NCBI RefSeq assembly: GCF_988242995.1
Contig: NZ_OZ547043.1
Strand: one strand, 5' to 3'
Length of the DNA: 64,000 bases
Shown here: positions 20,111 through 37,210 of the stretch, piece by piece
Layout of the letters: the number at the start of each line of letters is the position of its first letter
How positions within the stretch are numbered: the first letter of the stretch is position 1
Translations under genes and position numbers: made by a program
Notes under the pieces: generated by a model
Told to the model about the DNA's origin: nothing
The model's database searches: none
What the model saw: only the letters and a program-made list of their open reading frames with translations

Positions 20111-23100
20111 TTACCCCAACTGCTTACGTGCATTGCGGAAAATACGCATCCACGGCCCATCCTCGCCCCAGTTTTCCGGATGCCAGGAGTTGCTGACAGT
20201 ACGGAAAACACGTTCCGGGTGCGGCATCATAATGGTGACTCGACCACTTTCAGTCGTAACCGCCGTAATACCGTTCGGTGAACCGTTCGGGTTAGCCGGG
20301 TAGGTTTCAGTGACTTTACCGAAGTTATCGACATAGCGCAGTGCCACCAGCCCTTTGCTTTCCAGTGCCGCCAGATGCGCCGCATCACGCACTTCCACGC
20401 GCCCTTCACCATGAGAGACAGCAATCGGCATTTGCGAGCCCACCATCCCCTGCAACAGCAGAGACGGGCTTTGGGTTACTTCAACCAGGCTGAAACGCGC
20501 TTCAAAGCGATCGGAGGTATTGCGCACAAAACGTGGCCACAACTCACTACCTGGGATCAGTTCGCGCAGATTAGACATCATCTGGCAACCGTTACATACC
20601 CCCAGCGCCAGCGTTTGCGGACGATGGAAGAAGGTTGCAAACTCATCGCGTACACGGTCATTGAACAGGATAGACTTCGCCCAACCTTCACCGGCACCCA
20701 GCACATCACCGTAGGAGAAACCACCGCACGCGACCAGGGCGTGGAAATCCTCCAGGCCCGTGCGTCCAGCCAGCAGGTCGCTCATATGCACGTCGATAGC
20801 ATCGAAGCCTGCACGGTGGAAAGCTGCCGCCATTTCAACATGTGAGTTCACGCCCTGCTCACGCAGCACAGCAACTTTCGGACGTGCGCCAGTGGCAATA
20901 TACGGTGCTGCCACATCTTCGTTGATATCGAACGACAGTTTTACATTCAGGCCCGGATCGGCGTCGTTTGATTTCGCCTGGTGCTCCTGGTCGGCACACT
21001 CCGGGTTGTCACGCAGGCGCTGCATCTGCCAGGTAGTTTCTGCCCACCAGACACGCAACGTGGTGCGGCTTTCGCTGAATACAGTCTGCCCGTTGGCGGT
21101 AATCACAAAACGGTCACCGGAAACCGCCTGCCCAACATAATGGACGCAATCAGCAAGCCCATGCTGTGCCAGTACCGCTTCAACTGCTTCACGGTCAGCG
21201 GCACGAACCTGAATCACCGCACCCAGTTCTTCGTTAAACAACGCCGCCAGGCGATCGTCACCCAGAGTGGCGATATCCGCGTCAATGCCGCAATGACCAG
21301 CAAAGGCCATTTCCGCCAGCGTTACCAGCAGGCCGCCATCCGAGCGATCGTGGTACGCGAGCAGCTTACGCTGTGCTACCAGCGCCTGAACCGCGTCATA
21401 GAAACCTTTCAGTTGCGCGACGTCGCGTACATCTGCCGGTTTGTCGCCAAGCTGACGATAAACCTGCGCCAGCGCCGTTGCGCCCAGCGCGTTATTGCCT
21501 TTGCCCAAATCAATCAGCAGCAGTGCGTTATCTTCGGTAGAAAGCTGTGGCGTGATGGTGTGACGTACATCTTCCACGCGGGCAAATGCAGAAATCACCA
21601 GCGACAGTGGCGACGTCATTTCGCGCTCTTCGTTACCTTCCTGCCAGCGGGTTTTCATCGACATAGAGTCTTTACCCACCGGGATCGTCAGGCCCAGCGC
21701 CGGACAAAGTTCTTCGCCCACAGCTTTAACGGCTTCATACAGGCCCGCATCTTCACCAGGGTGGCCTGCCGCCGCCATCCAGTTGGCGGAAAGTTTAATG
21801 CGTTTGATATCGCCAATTTGTGTTGCGGCGATGTTGGTTAACGCTTCACCGACCGCCAGACGGGCAGAAGCGGCGAAATCCAGCAGCGCAACCGGCGCAC
21901 GCTCGCCAATCGCCATCGCTTCGCCGTAGTAGCTATCGAGGCTGGCGGTAGTGACCGCGCAGTTAGCGACCGGCACCTGCCACGGACCCACCATCTGATC
22001 GCGCGCTACCATGCCGGTTACGCTGCGGTCACCAATGGTCACTAGGAAAGTTTTCTCCGCCACGGTCGGCAGGTGCAGCACGCGTTTCACCGCGTCAGCA
22101 ATGGTAATCCCTTCACGAACCAGCGCATCACCCTTCGCTTTCAGCGTTTGTACTTCGCGGGTCATCTTCGGCGTTTTACCAAGCAGTACGTCCAGCGGCA
22201 GATCGATCGGCTGATTATCAAAATGACGATCGTGCAAAGAAAGATGCAGTTCTTCGGTCGCTTCACCAATCACCGCGTATGGCGCGCGCTCACGCTTACA
22301 CAGTTCGTCAAACAGCGGTAACTGATCGGCAGCAACCGCCAGCACGTAGCGTTCCTGGGATTCGTTACACCAGATTTCCAGCGGGCTCATGCCCGGTTCG
22401 TCGCTCAAAATATCGCGCAGTTCGAATTTACCGCCGCGCCCGCCGTCGCTCACCAGTTCCGGCATGGCGTTAGAAAGACCGCCAGCGCCGACGTCGTGGA
22501 TAAACAGGATTGGGTTGGCATCACCAAGCTGCCAGCAACGGTCGATCACTTCCTGGCAGCGACGCTCCATCTCCGGGTTGTCGCGCTGTACGGAAGCAAA
22601 GTCGAGGTCGGCATCAGACTGACCAGACGCCATGGAAGACGCCGCGCCGCCGCCAAGACCGATGTTCATTGCCGGGCCGCCGAGAACGACCAGCTTCGCA
22701 CCAACGTTGATCTCGCCTTTTTGTACGTGATCGGCGCGAATGTTGCCGATCCCCCCCGCCAGCATGATCGGTTTGTGATAACCGCGCAGCTCTTCGCCAT
22801 TGTGGCTATTCACTTTTTCTTCATAAGTACGGAAGTAGCCGTTCAGTGCCGGACGACCAAATTCGTTGTTAAATGCCGCGCCACCCAGCGGGCCTTCGGT
22901 CATGATGTCCAGCGCGGTGACAATGCGCTCAGGCTTACCGAAATCTTCTTCCCACGGTTGTTCGAAGCCAGGAATTCGCAGGTTGGAAACGGAGAAACCA
23001 ACCAAACCAGCTTTCGGCTTTGCGCCACGTCCGGTGGCACCTTCATCGCGGATTTCACCGCCGGAACCGGTCGCCGCGCCCGGCCACGGAGAAATCGCCG

Positions 23101-23998
23101 TCGGGTGGTTGTGAGTTTCGACTTTCATCAGAATATGCGCCGGTTCCTGATGGAAATCGTAGCGGCCCGTTTCGTGGTCAGCAAAGTAGCGGCCCACTTC
23201 AGAACCTTCCATTACGGCGGCGTTATCTTTATAAGCAGAGAGAACGTGATCCGGCGTGGTTTCGAAGGTGTTTTTGATCATCTTAAACAGCGATTTCGGC
23301 TGCTGTTCACCATCGATAACCCAGTCGGCGTTAAAAATTTTGTGGCGGCAGTGCTCGGAGTTCGCCTGGGCAAACATATACAGTTCGATGTCGTTCGGGT
23401 TACGACCAAGCTTTGTGAAAGCATCCTGCAAATAGTCAATTTCATCTTCCGCCAGTGCCAGGCCAAGACGCAGGTTAGCGTCGATTAGCGCCTGACGGCC
23501 CTGCCCCAGCAAATCAACGCTGGTGACCGGAGTCGGTTGATGGTGTGCAAACAGCTGCTCTGCATCATCTAAAGCAAAAAAGACCGTTTCCATCATGCGG
23601 TCGTGCAGTTCAGCGGTAACCTGCTGCCATTGTTCATTGGTCAGCGTACCGGCTTCTATATAGTAAGCCACGCCGCGCTCAAGACGGTTTACCTGTTGCA
23701 GCCCGCAGTTATGGGCAATATCGGTCGCTTTCGAAGACCAGGGAGAGATGGTGCCAGGACGCGGGGTCACCAGCAGGAGTTTGCCTTGCGGGGCGTGGCT
23801 GGCGAGTGCCGGGCCATATTTCAGCAGGCGTTCAAGTTGTGCGTGCTCATCATCGTTTAACGGCGCATTGAGGTCAGCAAAATGGACATACTCGGCGTAA
23901 ATAGTGTGAACCGGGAGCCTGGCAGCCTGAAAACGTGCCAGCAGTTTGTTGATTCGGAATGCCGACAATGCAGGCGAACCACGCAGAATTTCCATCAT
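20111..23998 (-). CDS. purL: phosphoribosylformylglycinamidine synthase (large single-chain form)
   Basis: 1295-aa ORF with C-terminal glutamine amidotransferase domain. Confidence 0.95.
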   Translation of the reverse strand: MMEILRGSPALSAFRINKLLARFQAARLPVHTIYAEYVHFADLNAPLNDDEHAQLERLLKYGPALASHAPQGKLLLVTPRPGTISPWSSKATDIAHNCGLQQVNRLERGVAYYIEAGTLTNEQWQQVTAELHDRMMETVFFALDDAEQLFAHHQPTPVTSVDLLGQGRQALIDANLRLGLALAEDEIDYLQDAFTKLGRNPNDIELYMFAQANSEHCRHKIFNADWVIDGEQQPKSLFKMIKNTFETTPDHVLSAYKDNAAVMEGSEVGRYFADHETGRYDFHQEPAHILMKVETHNHPTAISPWPGAATGSGGEIRDEGATGRGAKPKAGLVGFSVSNLRIPGFEQPWEEDFGKPERIVTALDIMTEGPLGGAAFNNEFGRPALNGYFRTYEEKVNSHNGEELRGYHKPIMLAGGIGNIRADHVQKGEINVGAKLVVLGGPAMNIGLGGGAASSMASGQSDADLDFASVQRDNPEMERRCQEVIDRCWQLGDANPILFIHDVGAGGLSNAMPELVSDGGRGGKFELRDILSDEPGMSPLEIWCNESQERYVLAVAADQLPLFDELCKRERAPYAVIGEATEELHLSLHDRHFDNQPIDLPLDVLLGKTPKMTREVQTLKAKGDALVREGITIADAVKRVLHLPTVAEKTFLVTIGDRSVTGMVARDQMVGPWQVPVANCAVTTASLDSYYGEAMAIGERAPVALLDFAASARLAVGEALTNIAATQIGDIKRIKLSANWMAAAGHPGEDAGLYEAVKAVGEELCPALGLTIPVGKDSMSMKTRWQEGNEEREMTSPLSLVISAFARVEDVRHTITPQLSTEDNALLLIDLGKGNNALGATALAQVYRQLGDKPADVRDVAQLKGFYDAVQALVAQRKLLAYHDRSDGGLLVTLAEMAFAGHCGIDADIATLGDDRLAALFNEELGAVIQVRAADREAVEAVLAQHGLADCVHYVGQAVSGDRFVITANGQTVFSESRTTLRVWWAETTWQMQRLRDNPECADQEHQAKSNDADPGLNVKLSFDINEDVAAPYIATGARPKVAVLREQGVNSHVEMAAAFHRAGFDAIDVHMSDLLAGRTGLEDFHALVACGGFSYGDVLGAGEGWAKSILFNDRVRDEFATFFHRPQTLALGVCNGCQMMSNLRELIPGSELWPRFVRNTSDRFEARFSLVEVTQSPSLLLQGMVGSQMPIAVSHGEGRVEVRDAAHLAALESKGLVALRYVDNFGKVTETYPANPNGSPNGITAVTTESGRVTIMMPHPERVFRTVSNSWHPENWGEDGPWMRIFRNARKQLG

Positions 23999-24074
23999 AA
24001 GTCTCTCGTCTTCTAAGCTTTCGGTGTACCCAAGGGGGGGAAACGGGCGTCATTATAAAGAATCTGATGCGCTG

Positions 24075-24090
24075 ACGAAACCGTTTGCGT
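24075..24090 (-). promoter_or_regulatory. PurR operator (PUR box) upstream of purL
   Basis: acgaaaccgtttgcgt, reverse complement ACGCAAACGGTTTCGT, a 16-bp palindrome fitting the PurR consensus. Confidence 0.7.
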
Positions 24091-24255
24091 GGAAATAAAA
24101 TCACCATCGCGAATTAGCAACGCGTGCCGCCAATGGCTGTAATAAGTTGCCAACTGGCGCAGGTTTACGCAAAATGCCGCTCATTTATGAGTAAACCTTT
24201 CACTATTATTACGTTTTTTCAAGCTGGGACGCGCACGACACAGAGAATTAACTAA

Positions 24256-26357
<2,102 letters not shown>

Positions 26358-26369
26358 CTATGCTTTACT

Positions 26370-27005
26370 CTATTCCAGTTGCTGGAGTTCACCGCGCGGG
26401 GTTACTCGCCAACGATGCTGACAGAAATAAAGCAGCGGGTTGTCCTGATTACTGTCGCTATAGCCACTGTACAACCGCAGTGGCGTGCCGATTTTACGCT
26501 CCAGTTGCGCGACCTTCTCATGCCCGAGGCAACGCATCGTCAATACCCAACCACCATAGCCACGCTGAATCTGACTGGCGATAAGATTAACCCGCGGCAG
26601 CCAGGGAGTATCGAAATAAACCGCTTCAACCAGCGGCTGCGGAGAGCCGGTAATCAACCAGATATCAGCATCGGAACTTAACAGGTAGGTGGTTAATCGC
26701 TCCTGAACCAGCGGAAAGGCGGTAACATTGTCACGAAACCAGCGTACGAAATCGGCCTGCAACGCCTGCAAACGCGCTTCATTGTGACCAAAAGTGCATC
26801 CCCACAGAAGCAGACTCATCGGCCAGCGTGCCGCACGGCCTTTTATCAATAACGCAATGGCTATGATCGGCAACAACGGCAGGACAAGCAACGCATTCAG
26901 CGGTTGGCGACGCAGTAAATAACGCAAAAAACTGCCGAACATATCCTGCTGATGCAATGTTCCATCTAAGTCAAAAAACACCACACGACGCTCGTGAGTT
27001 GCCAA
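26370..27005 (-). CDS. pgpC: phosphatidylglycerophosphatase C (HAD-like)
   Basis: 211-aa ORF with HAD motif I FFDLDGTL. Confidence 0.85.
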   Translation of the reverse strand: MATHERRVVFFDLDGTLHQQDMFGSFLRYLLRRQPLNALLVLPLLPIIAIALLIKGRAARWPMSLLLWGCTFGHNEARLQALQADFVRWFRDNVTAFPLVQERLTTYLLSSDADIWLITGSPQPLVEAVYFDTPWLPRVNLIASQIQRGYGGWVLTMRCLGHEKVAQLERKIGTPLRLYSGYSDSNQDNPLLYFCQHRWRVTPRGELQQLE

Positions 27006-27213
27006 ACCATACTCCTCTGGACTGAAACATCCTGATTAATTTTCGCTACTACATAGCCTAACAGATAGATCATCACTTTTCCGGCAACAATCGACCGCAT
27101 CATGGCTAACTGGAATTTTTAATTCATGGAAATTAGCGGCAATGGAATATAAAATTCACTCGCGTTTGTCTCATATTGCCTGTTGTCGCCACTATTTCAT
27201 CGCGAGGAAAGAT

Positions 27214-28062
27214 ATGAACGGCTTACTTCGTATCCGTCAGCGTTACCAGGGGCTTGCCCAGAGTGATAAAAAACTGGCGGATTATCTGCTGCTACAACCT
27301 GATACGGCGCGCCATTTAAGCTCTCAGCAACTGGCCAACGAAGCCGGAGTCAGTCAGTCCAGCGTCGTGAAGTTCGCGCAAAAACTCGGCTATAAAGGTT
27401 TTCCGGCGCTTAAGTTGGCGTTGAGTGAAGCGCTGGCAAGCCAGCCGGAATCGCCCTCCGTGCCCATTCATAACCAAATCCGCGGTGATGATCCGTTACG
27501 GCTGGTCGGCGAAAAACTGATTAAAGAAAATACTGCCGCTATGTACGCAACGCTAAACGTTAATAGTGAAGAGAAACTGCATGAATGCGTAACAATGTTG
27601 CGCTCTGCGCGGCGGATAATTCTGACCGGTATTGGCGCTTCGGGTCTGGTGGCGCAAAACTTTGCCTGGAAGCTGATGAAGATTGGCTTCAATGCTGCCG
27701 CAGTGCGCGATATGCATGCGCTACTCGCTACCGTACAGGCGTCGTCCCCTGACGATCTGTTATTAGCCATTTCTTACACCGGTGTACGACGCGAGTTAAA
27801 CCTGGCGGCAGATGAGATGCTGCGAGTGGGCGGAAAAGTGCTGGCGATTACCGGCTTTACTCCGAATGCCCTGCAACAGCGTGCTTCTCATTGCCTGTAT
27901 ACCATTGCCGAAGAACAAGCGACAAACAGTGCTTCAATCTCTGCTTGTCACGCTCAGGGAATGTTAACGGATTTGCTGTTCATTGCGCTGATTCAGCAGG
28001 ATCTGGAACTGGCACCAGAACGTATTCGTCATAGTGAAGCGCTGGTGAAAAAACTGGTCTGA
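27214..28062 (+). CDS. yfhH: RpiR-family transcriptional regulator (HTH plus SIS domain)
   Basis: ATG at 27214 preceded by GAGGAAAG gives 282 aa; track ORF starts upstream at 27142. Confidence 0.8.
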   Translation: MNGLLRIRQRYQGLAQSDKKLADYLLLQPDTARHLSSQQLANEAGVSQSSVVKFAQKLGYKGFPALKLALSEALASQPESPSVPIHNQIRGDDPLRLVGEKLIKENTAAMYATLNVNSEEKLHECVTMLRSARRIILTGIGASGLVAQNFAWKLMKIGFNAAAVRDMHALLATVQASSPDDLLLAISYTGVRRELNLAADEMLRVGGKVLAITGFTPNALQQRASHCLYTIAEEQATNSASISACHAQGMLTDLLFIALIQQDLELAPERIRHSEALVKKLV

Positions 28063-28081
28063 GTAAAGAATGCGCGTATAA

Positions 28082-28378
<297 letters not shown>

Positions 28379-28522
28379 TATTCTACTCTGGATGTAGAGT
28401 GTTAATTATTTTATAGAGAAACCTTAACGCTATTATATTTATTTGATTGATGACATTGGCATAATCATTCACTAAGTTAATTTATATAGTATCTGCCCAG
28501 ACACTTATTTATAGTTATTAAA

Positions 28523-28552
28523 GGCGCGTCCGACTGGTTCACCGGACGCACC
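28523..28552 (-). terminator. putative terminator of the shoB mRNA
   Basis: ggcgcgtccg / cggacgcacc stem followed on the minus strand by a U-rich tract. Confidence 0.4.
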
Positions 28553-28571
28553 TTAAGTACGTTTCCTTGTG

Positions 28572-28652
28572 TTATAAGAACAGAAGGATCAGCTGTAAAA
28601 CAGCAATGATGATTTTGATAACCCGTTTAATCAGGTATCGGCAATCAGTCAT
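28572..28652 (-). CDS. shoB: 26-aa hydrophobic type I toxin peptide
   Basis: Minus-strand ORF ATG ACT GAT TGC CGA TAC CTG ATT AAA ... TAA = MTDCRYLIKRVIKIIIAVLQLILLFL; too short for the ORF track. Confidence 0.8.
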   Translation of the reverse strand: MTDCRYLIKRVIKIIIAVLQLILLFL

Positions 28653-28974
28653 TCGTTTTTCCTTAAACAAGGAATGCAGCCGTTCAGATTAGCCCTTACA
28701 TCACCCCAAAACTGAACGTGCGAGTTATTGGAATCGAGTGCTGCACTCCACATCAGAGCTTTGACGACACCACTCGTTTCAATGGGGGAATTCAGTGGCA
28801 TGGTGTAAAGCACAGCAAAATTGCCAATAACGAAACCGATTTTAATGTACTTATCAAAAAGCGGTCACGTTAATCTTTTCATCAATGTCGATTTCTTCGT
28901 AAAGGCTCGCGTTTTTTATGTCAGAGATTGCAAGTTGCTTGTACAGGTCAACTAAATTGATCCATAATCATTTC

Positions 28975-29055
28975 CGTTGGAATCGTGTGCTGCACAAAAT
29001 TAAAGTTGTAAAGTAAACCCCCTGTTCCTTACCAGTTCGGGGGTTTTACTTTTTA
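28975..29055 (+). ncRNA. ohsC: antisense small RNA repressing shoB (OhsC-like)
   Basis: Sigma70-like promoter (-35 TTGTAC 28939-28944, -10 CATAAT 28963-28968); 19-nt segment 28977-28995 matches 28728-28746 with one mismatch; terminator 29015-29055; ends inferred. Confidence 0.5.
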
Positions 29056-29072
29056 AAGAGAACGGTATTATT

Positions 29073-29453
29073 TTAACTTTCAATAATTACCGTGGCGCAA
29101 GCATAGTGGCGTTCATCTGCCAGCGTTACATGCATATTTACAACGCCGAGCTTTTCCGCCAGTTTTAATGCCTCGCCCCACAGTCGCAGCCGTGGCTTAC
29201 CAAGCTCATCGTTAAATACTTCAAACTGATTAAACGCCAGACCATTGCGGATCCCGGTGCCAAACGCTTTTGCTGCGGCTTCTTTTACGGCAAAGCGTTT
29301 CGCCAGAAAACGCACCGGCTGGTGGTGCGTTTTCCAGATTGCCCATTCGTTATCGCTTAATACGCGGCGTGCCAGACGCTCACCGGATCGGGCGATCACC
29401 GATTCAATGCGAGCGATCTCCACAATATCCGTACCTAAACCTAATATTGCCAT
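29073..29453 (-). CDS. acpS: holo-[acyl-carrier-protein] synthase
   Basis: 126-aa [20 protein letters not shown]...; start overlaps pdxJ stop by 1 nt. Confidence 0.93.
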   Translation of the reverse strand: MAILGLGTDIVEIARIESVIARSGERLARRVLSDNEWAIWKTHHQPVRFLAKRFAVKEAAAKAFGTGIRNGLAFNQFEVFNDELGKPRLRLWGEALKLAEKLGVVNMHVTLADERHYACATVIIES

Positions 29454-30184
29454 TAGCCACGCGCTTCCAGCATCAAACGCTTCATTTCTGCCACCGCATC
29501 TTTCAGTCCGGTCATCACTGCACGACCAATAATGGCATGACCTATATTCAGTTCATGCATCTCAGGGATGGCGGCAATGGCTTTCACGTTGTGATAGGTC
29601 AGACCGTGACCAGCGTTAACTTTCAGACCGAGACTAGCGGCAAAGGTCGCGGCTTTGGCGATACGCGCCAGCTCTTGCGCCTGTTCGGCGTCAGTTTTGG
29701 CATCAGCATAGCAACCGGTGTGGATCTCGATAAACGGTGCGCCAACCTCTGCCGCAGCTTTGATCTGCTCTTCATCGGCGTCGATAAACAGAGAAACCTG
29801 GATCCCGGCCTCCGCCAGACGTTTACAGGCATCGCGCATTTTGTCACGCTGCCCTGCGACGTCCAGGCCGCCTTCGGTTGTTACTTCCTGACGCTTTTCC
29901 GGTACCAGACAGCAAAAATGTGGCTTCGTCTCAACGGCGATCGCCAGCATCTCTTCGGTCACCGCCATCTCCAGATTCATGCGGGTATCCAGCGTCTGAC
30001 GCAGGATGCGCACATCGCGGTCAGTAATGTGGCGGCGATCTTCACGTAAATGCACGGTAATGCCGTCTGCTCCCGCCTGCTCGGCAATAAACGCCGCTTG
30101 CACTGGATCCGGGTAAGCAGTACCGCGTGCGTTACGCAGCGTTGCAATATGGTCAATGTTGACGCCTAACAGTAATTCAGCCAT
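29453..30184 (-). CDS. pdxJ: pyridoxine 5'-phosphate synthase
   Basis: ORF with start set at [21 protein letters not shown] (243 aa). Confidence 0.9.
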   Translation of the reverse strand: MAELLLGVNIDHIATLRNARGTAYPDPVQAAFIAEQAGADGITVHLREDRRHITDRDVRILRQTLDTRMNLEMAVTEEMLAIAVETKPHFCCLVPEKRQEVTTEGGLDVAGQRDKMRDACKRLAEAGIQVSLFIDADEEQIKAAAEVGAPFIEIHTGCYADAKTDAEQAQELARIAKAATFAASLGLKVNAGHGLTYHNVKAIAAIPEMHELNIGHAIIGRAVMTGLKDAVAEMKRLMLEARG

Positions 30185-30195
30185 GACAATCCTCA

Positions 30196-30924
30196 TCATT
30201 CATAATGTGTTTTCACCGTTCGCTTAGGCATAAACTGCCGGAACAGTTCCCTGCTCTTTAATGGTTTACCGCCAAGATACGGCTTAAGCGCCATGCGGGT
30301 AAAGCGTTTCGCGGCGCGCAGTGTGTCTGCGTCAGGAAATTCCCGCGCGTTTAACGCTTTTAACTGCCTTCCGGTGAACGTTTTATTGTCGATAACGACG
30401 CTTGCGATAAACCCTTTTTCTTCGCGATAACGATACGTCATGGTGTCATCTACCGGCTCGCCGCTACCCGCACAATGGGTAAAATTGACGCCATAGCCCA
30501 GATGCCCGAGCAGTGCCAGTTCAAAGCGGCGCAGCGCGGGTTCTGGCGTACCAGTGACCCCGGCAAGAGACTGAATGCAGTGCAAGTAATCGAAAAAGAG
30601 TTCAGAGAAGCGCGTCTCGTATTCCAGTACGCGGGAGAGAAGTTCGTTGATGTACAGACCGCTGTAAAGCGTGATACCGCTTAATGGCAGCGCCAGCGAG
30701 ACGGCTTCAGCACTGCGCAGCGTTTTGACTTCGCCACGCCCGCCGAAACGTAGCAAGAGAGGGGTGAAAGGCTGTAATGCACCTTTCAGAGTAGAGCGTT
30801 TAGAGCGTGCGCCTTTGGCAACCAGACGCACGCGACCCGATTCCTCCGTGAAGACGTCCAGCATCAGGCTGGTTTCGCTCCACGGGCGACTATGCAGGAC
30901 AAATGCGCGCTGCCAGCCTTCCAT
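30196..30924 (-). CDS. recO: DNA repair protein RecO
   Basis: 242-aa ORF in the rnc-era-recO-pdxJ-acpS gene string. Confidence 0.9.
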   Translation of the reverse strand: MEGWQRAFVLHSRPWSETSLMLDVFTEESGRVRLVAKGARSKRSTLKGALQPFTPLLLRFGGRGEVKTLRSAEAVSLALPLSGITLYSGLYINELLSRVLEYETRFSELFFDYLHCIQSLAGVTGTPEPALRRFELALLGHLGYGVNFTHCAGSGEPVDDTMTYRYREEKGFIASVVIDNKTFTGRQLKALNAREFPDADTLRAAKRFTRMALKPYLGGKPLKSRELFRQFMPKRTVKTHYE

Positions 30925-30935
30925 CGGAGTTACTC

Positions 30936-32548
<1,613 letters not shown>

Positions 32549-32790
32549 TCAGCACACGAAACAGACCTGATATACATGGCTCTGCTAACTGCTTCGCTGC
32601 AGTTTCAGTTTACCGGTATATGGGGACCAACGCTGTTTCGTGTGCCGTGGCAACCTGGAGGTGCCAACCTTAAACTTCGGGGGAATATTCTATACACAAC
32701 GACGGGGGATGTCGTTAGCCACGGGAGATTTATCTCATAAATAATTCACGTTGTCGCCATAACGGCGACAACGTGAACGAAGATGGGCTA

Positions 32791-33765
32791 TTAATGGATG
32801 CCGCCAATGCGACTTAAGCGCACACCTGTCGGCCATTCGCCTTCTTGCTTATCGAAGCTCATCCAGATAGCCGTTGCCCGACCGACCAGATTCGCTTCCG
32901 GCACAAAGCCCCAGTAACGGCTGTCCGCGCTGTTGTCGCGGTTGTCACCCATCATGAAGTATTGTCCCGGCGGAACAATCCAGGTTGCCAGTTGTTGCCC
33001 TGGCTGCTGGTAATACATCCCCACCTGGTCCTGCGCAATCGGCACTGTCAGAATGCGGTGCGTCACATCACCCAGTGTCTCTTTACGCTCGGAAAGACGA
33101 ATTCCATTTTCTTTGGTTTCGTTTTTCGGCACTTCAAAGAATCCGCTGGTCGCTTCCCCACCATTACGGCGTGAGAAGGTCTGAACGAAATCACTCGGTT
33201 CCACGTTTGAGTAGGTGACCGGCAGCGCGTTTTCACATGCCTGGCCGGAACTGCATCCCGGTTGAATCGTCAGCTCTTTTGAGACCGGATCATAAGTGAC
33301 TTTATCGCCCGGTAAACCCACCGCGCGCTTGATGTAATCAAGCTTTGGATCTTCCGGATATTTAAAGACCACGATATCGCCGCGTTTCGGATGACCGGTT
33401 TCGATCAGCGTTTTCTGGTAGATAGGATCTTTAATGCCATAAGCAAACTTCTCTACCAGAATAAAATCACCGATTAACAGAGTCGGCATCATCGAACCTG
33501 ACGGGATCTGGAACGGTTCATAAATAAACGAACGCACAATCAATACGATAGCCAGCACCGGAAAAACAGAAGCACCAGTTTCCAGCCAGCCAGGCTTCGG
33601 CGCAACCTTTTTCAGTGTTGCTTTATCCAGTGAGTCACCGGCAGCCGCCTGCGCCGCTGCCTGATGTTCCCGCCGTTTAGGTGCGAAAAAGAATTTATCC
33701 ACGCACCATAAAATGCCCGTCACTAGTGTGGCAATCACCAGAATCAGGGCAAACATATTCGCCAT
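32791..33765 (-). CDS. lepB: signal peptidase I
   Basis: 324-aa ORF with catalytic Ser region (SGSMMPTL) and two N-terminal transmembrane segments. Confidence 0.93.
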   Translation of the reverse strand: MANMFALILVIATLVTGILWCVDKFFFAPKRREHQAAAQAAAGDSLDKATLKKVAPKPGWLETGASVFPVLAIVLIVRSFIYEPFQIPSGSMMPTLLIGDFILVEKFAYGIKDPIYQKTLIETGHPKRGDIVVFKYPEDPKLDYIKRAVGLPGDKVTYDPVSKELTIQPGCSSGQACENALPVTYSNVEPSDFVQTFSRRNGGEATSGFFEVPKNETKENGIRLSERKETLGDVTHRILTVPIAQDQVGMYYQQPGQQLATWIVPPGQYFMMGDNRDNSADSRYWGFVPEANLVGRATAIWMSFDKQEGEWPTGVRLSRIGGIH

Positions 33766-33780
33766 GCCAACTCCTAAGGG

Positions 33781-35580
<1,800 letters not shown>

Positions 35581-35777
35581 AAAGTATGATTATTGTGCCT
35601 TAATGCCCGGTTAACCAGGCTTTTAGAAGTCGCTGTTCTGAGCTTAACGTCTGTATTAATAGAAACGCCGCATTCTACACTACAACATTGAGGCGAGGAA
35701 ATGTTCATACCGTATGGATTGTGGTATCTGGAAACGTCCTCGCATTTGTTATGCAAAATGCAACAAAGCCAGTGAAA

Positions 35778-36257
35778 TCACTGGCTCGCGTCTTCCGAAG
35801 ATGTTTCAAATCGCACAAGGCCAGGCGGCAATGCCACGCTTAAGATGATCGGTTGCCATTCAGACCGGGCAGCAAACTTTCGAGAGCAGCCACGTGCAAT
35901 CAGGAATCCACCAACGCCACCGAGAATCGCACCGCATAATGCTGCAATATCTGAAGCAAAGAGTAGCTGAAATAGTGAAGCGATGAGGAATAATCCCACC
36001 AGCGGCGACATATAAACCAGTAATGCGGAGCTAAGCAGGCTGCCTTCGGCGATTCCTAATTCTACTTTTTGCCCCGGCACTAACGGCTCATCACAGGGTA
36101 CGACAATGGTATGCGTGGTTTGCGGGCCAAGTTTATTCAACACGCGGCTACCGCAACCGGCACGTGAAGCGCAGCTGCTGCATGAGGCTTTAACATCACA
36201 ACTAACCAGCGCCTGCCCGTTTTCCCAGGAGACGACGGTAGCCCACTCTTTGATCAT
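35778..36257 (-). CDS. rseC: sigma-E regulatory protein RseC
   Basis: 159-aa ORF with Cys-rich N-terminus and hydrophobic C-terminus; start overlaps rseB stop. Confidence 0.9.
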   Translation of the reverse strand: MIKEWATVVSWENGQALVSCDVKASCSSCASRAGCGSRVLNKLGPQTTHTIVVPCDEPLVPGQKVELGIAEGSLLSSALLVYMSPLVGLFLIASLFQLLFASDIAALCGAILGGVGGFLIARGCSRKFAARSEWQPIILSVALPPGLVRFETSSEDASQ

Positions 36258-37210
36258 TGCGCTGCCCCGAACTTAATATTCTCGGCAATGCGTTTCGCCG
36301 TTTGCGGCGGCAGTTCACCGACAATGGTGATTTCGGCGTTATCACGTACGCTTGTACTGACGGTTCTGCGCCCGGTGCGCAACATCTGATCGGTGCTCGA
36401 TGGCGTAGCGCGGTTAACGTTTACCGAGAAGCTGAATAATCCGTCGGAATAGAGACGTGATTCGATAGGCATGTTGTCCATCGTCGGTAGCGGACGTCGA
36501 CTACTGGAAACTTCGCTAAAACCCTGTGGCAACCAGGTTGGCGTCCAGCTGAATTTAGCTTTTTCACCTACAGGAACAGAAAGCAACGGCGGCAAATTTG
36601 CCTTCGCCAGCGTCTGCATACTGCTGCTGATATCCTGATTGACATTAAAAGCAATCACGCGAAATTGTTCCAGCGTTTCACCATCGCGATCAAGGAGATC
36701 AACCCGCATCGGTAATTTCGATTCGGTGTCCATCCACACGATGTAGCTGTAGCGTGTACCATCTCGGGCAACCACACGAATGACTTCGCAAAGACGATCA
36801 GCAATACGCGTGCGCCCGACGGAGATAAAGTCGTAGTAAGGAGAAAGGCGTTTGAAATCGGTATAGATGAGCGATGGTAGAGAATCAACAATGTAATCGC
36901 CATTAAGCGTGAACGGTTCAAGTCCCGGTTCAAAATAGCTGATTTCATTGCCGCGCTGTACCACTTCCCGGCGCGGGCCATCCATTTGCAACAATTGTGC
37001 AAGAGGACGGTTATCGAGGCGTGCATGTCGATAACGCAGAGACTCAACACCCTGTTTATTGATGCTGATGAATGACAGCTCGTAATTCAGTGACTGACTG
37101 GCCAGGTTCATCTGCTGTAATAACGCCCCGGACGCGGGAGTGGCCGAGGCGTTAGCAGAGAATAACAGGCTACCTGTCACTAATGACATGGCAAACCAAA
37201 GTTGCTTCAT
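36254..37210 (-). CDS. rseB: periplasmic regulator of sigma-E, RseB
   Basis: 318-aa ORF with signal peptide; start overlaps rseA stop by 1 nt. Confidence 0.92.
   Translation of the reverse strand: MKQLWFAMSLVTGSLLFSANASATPASGALLQQMNLASQSLNYELSFISINKQGVESLRYRHARLDNRPLAQLLQMDGPRREVVQRGNEISYFEPGLEPFTLNGDYIVDSLPSLIYTDFKRLSPYYDFISVGRTRIADRLCEVIRVVARDGTRYSYIVWMDTESKLPMRVDLLDRDGETLEQFRVIAFNVNQDISSSMQTLAKANLPPLLSVPVGEKAKFSWTPTWLPQGFSEVSSSRRPLPTMDNMPIESRLYSDGLFSFSVNVNRATPSSTDQMLRTGRRTVSTSVRDNAEITIVGELPPQTAKRIAENIKFGAAQ

Noticed and set aside
20375-23488. Multiple plus-strand ORFs of 64-330 aa (for example 20981-21841 and 22496-23488) antisense to purL
   Set aside because: They lie entirely inside the 1295-aa purL gene, have low-complexity Arg/Ala/Gln-rich translations typical of antisense frames in GC-rich genes, and have no ribosome-binding sites or promoters.
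35581-35777. Possible small element in the lepA-rseC gap
   Set aside because: Only an imperfect inverted repeat (gaggaaatgttc...gaaacgtcctc) is present; it is most simply the rseC terminator and lepA promoter region, and I could not define a conserved ORF or RNA.
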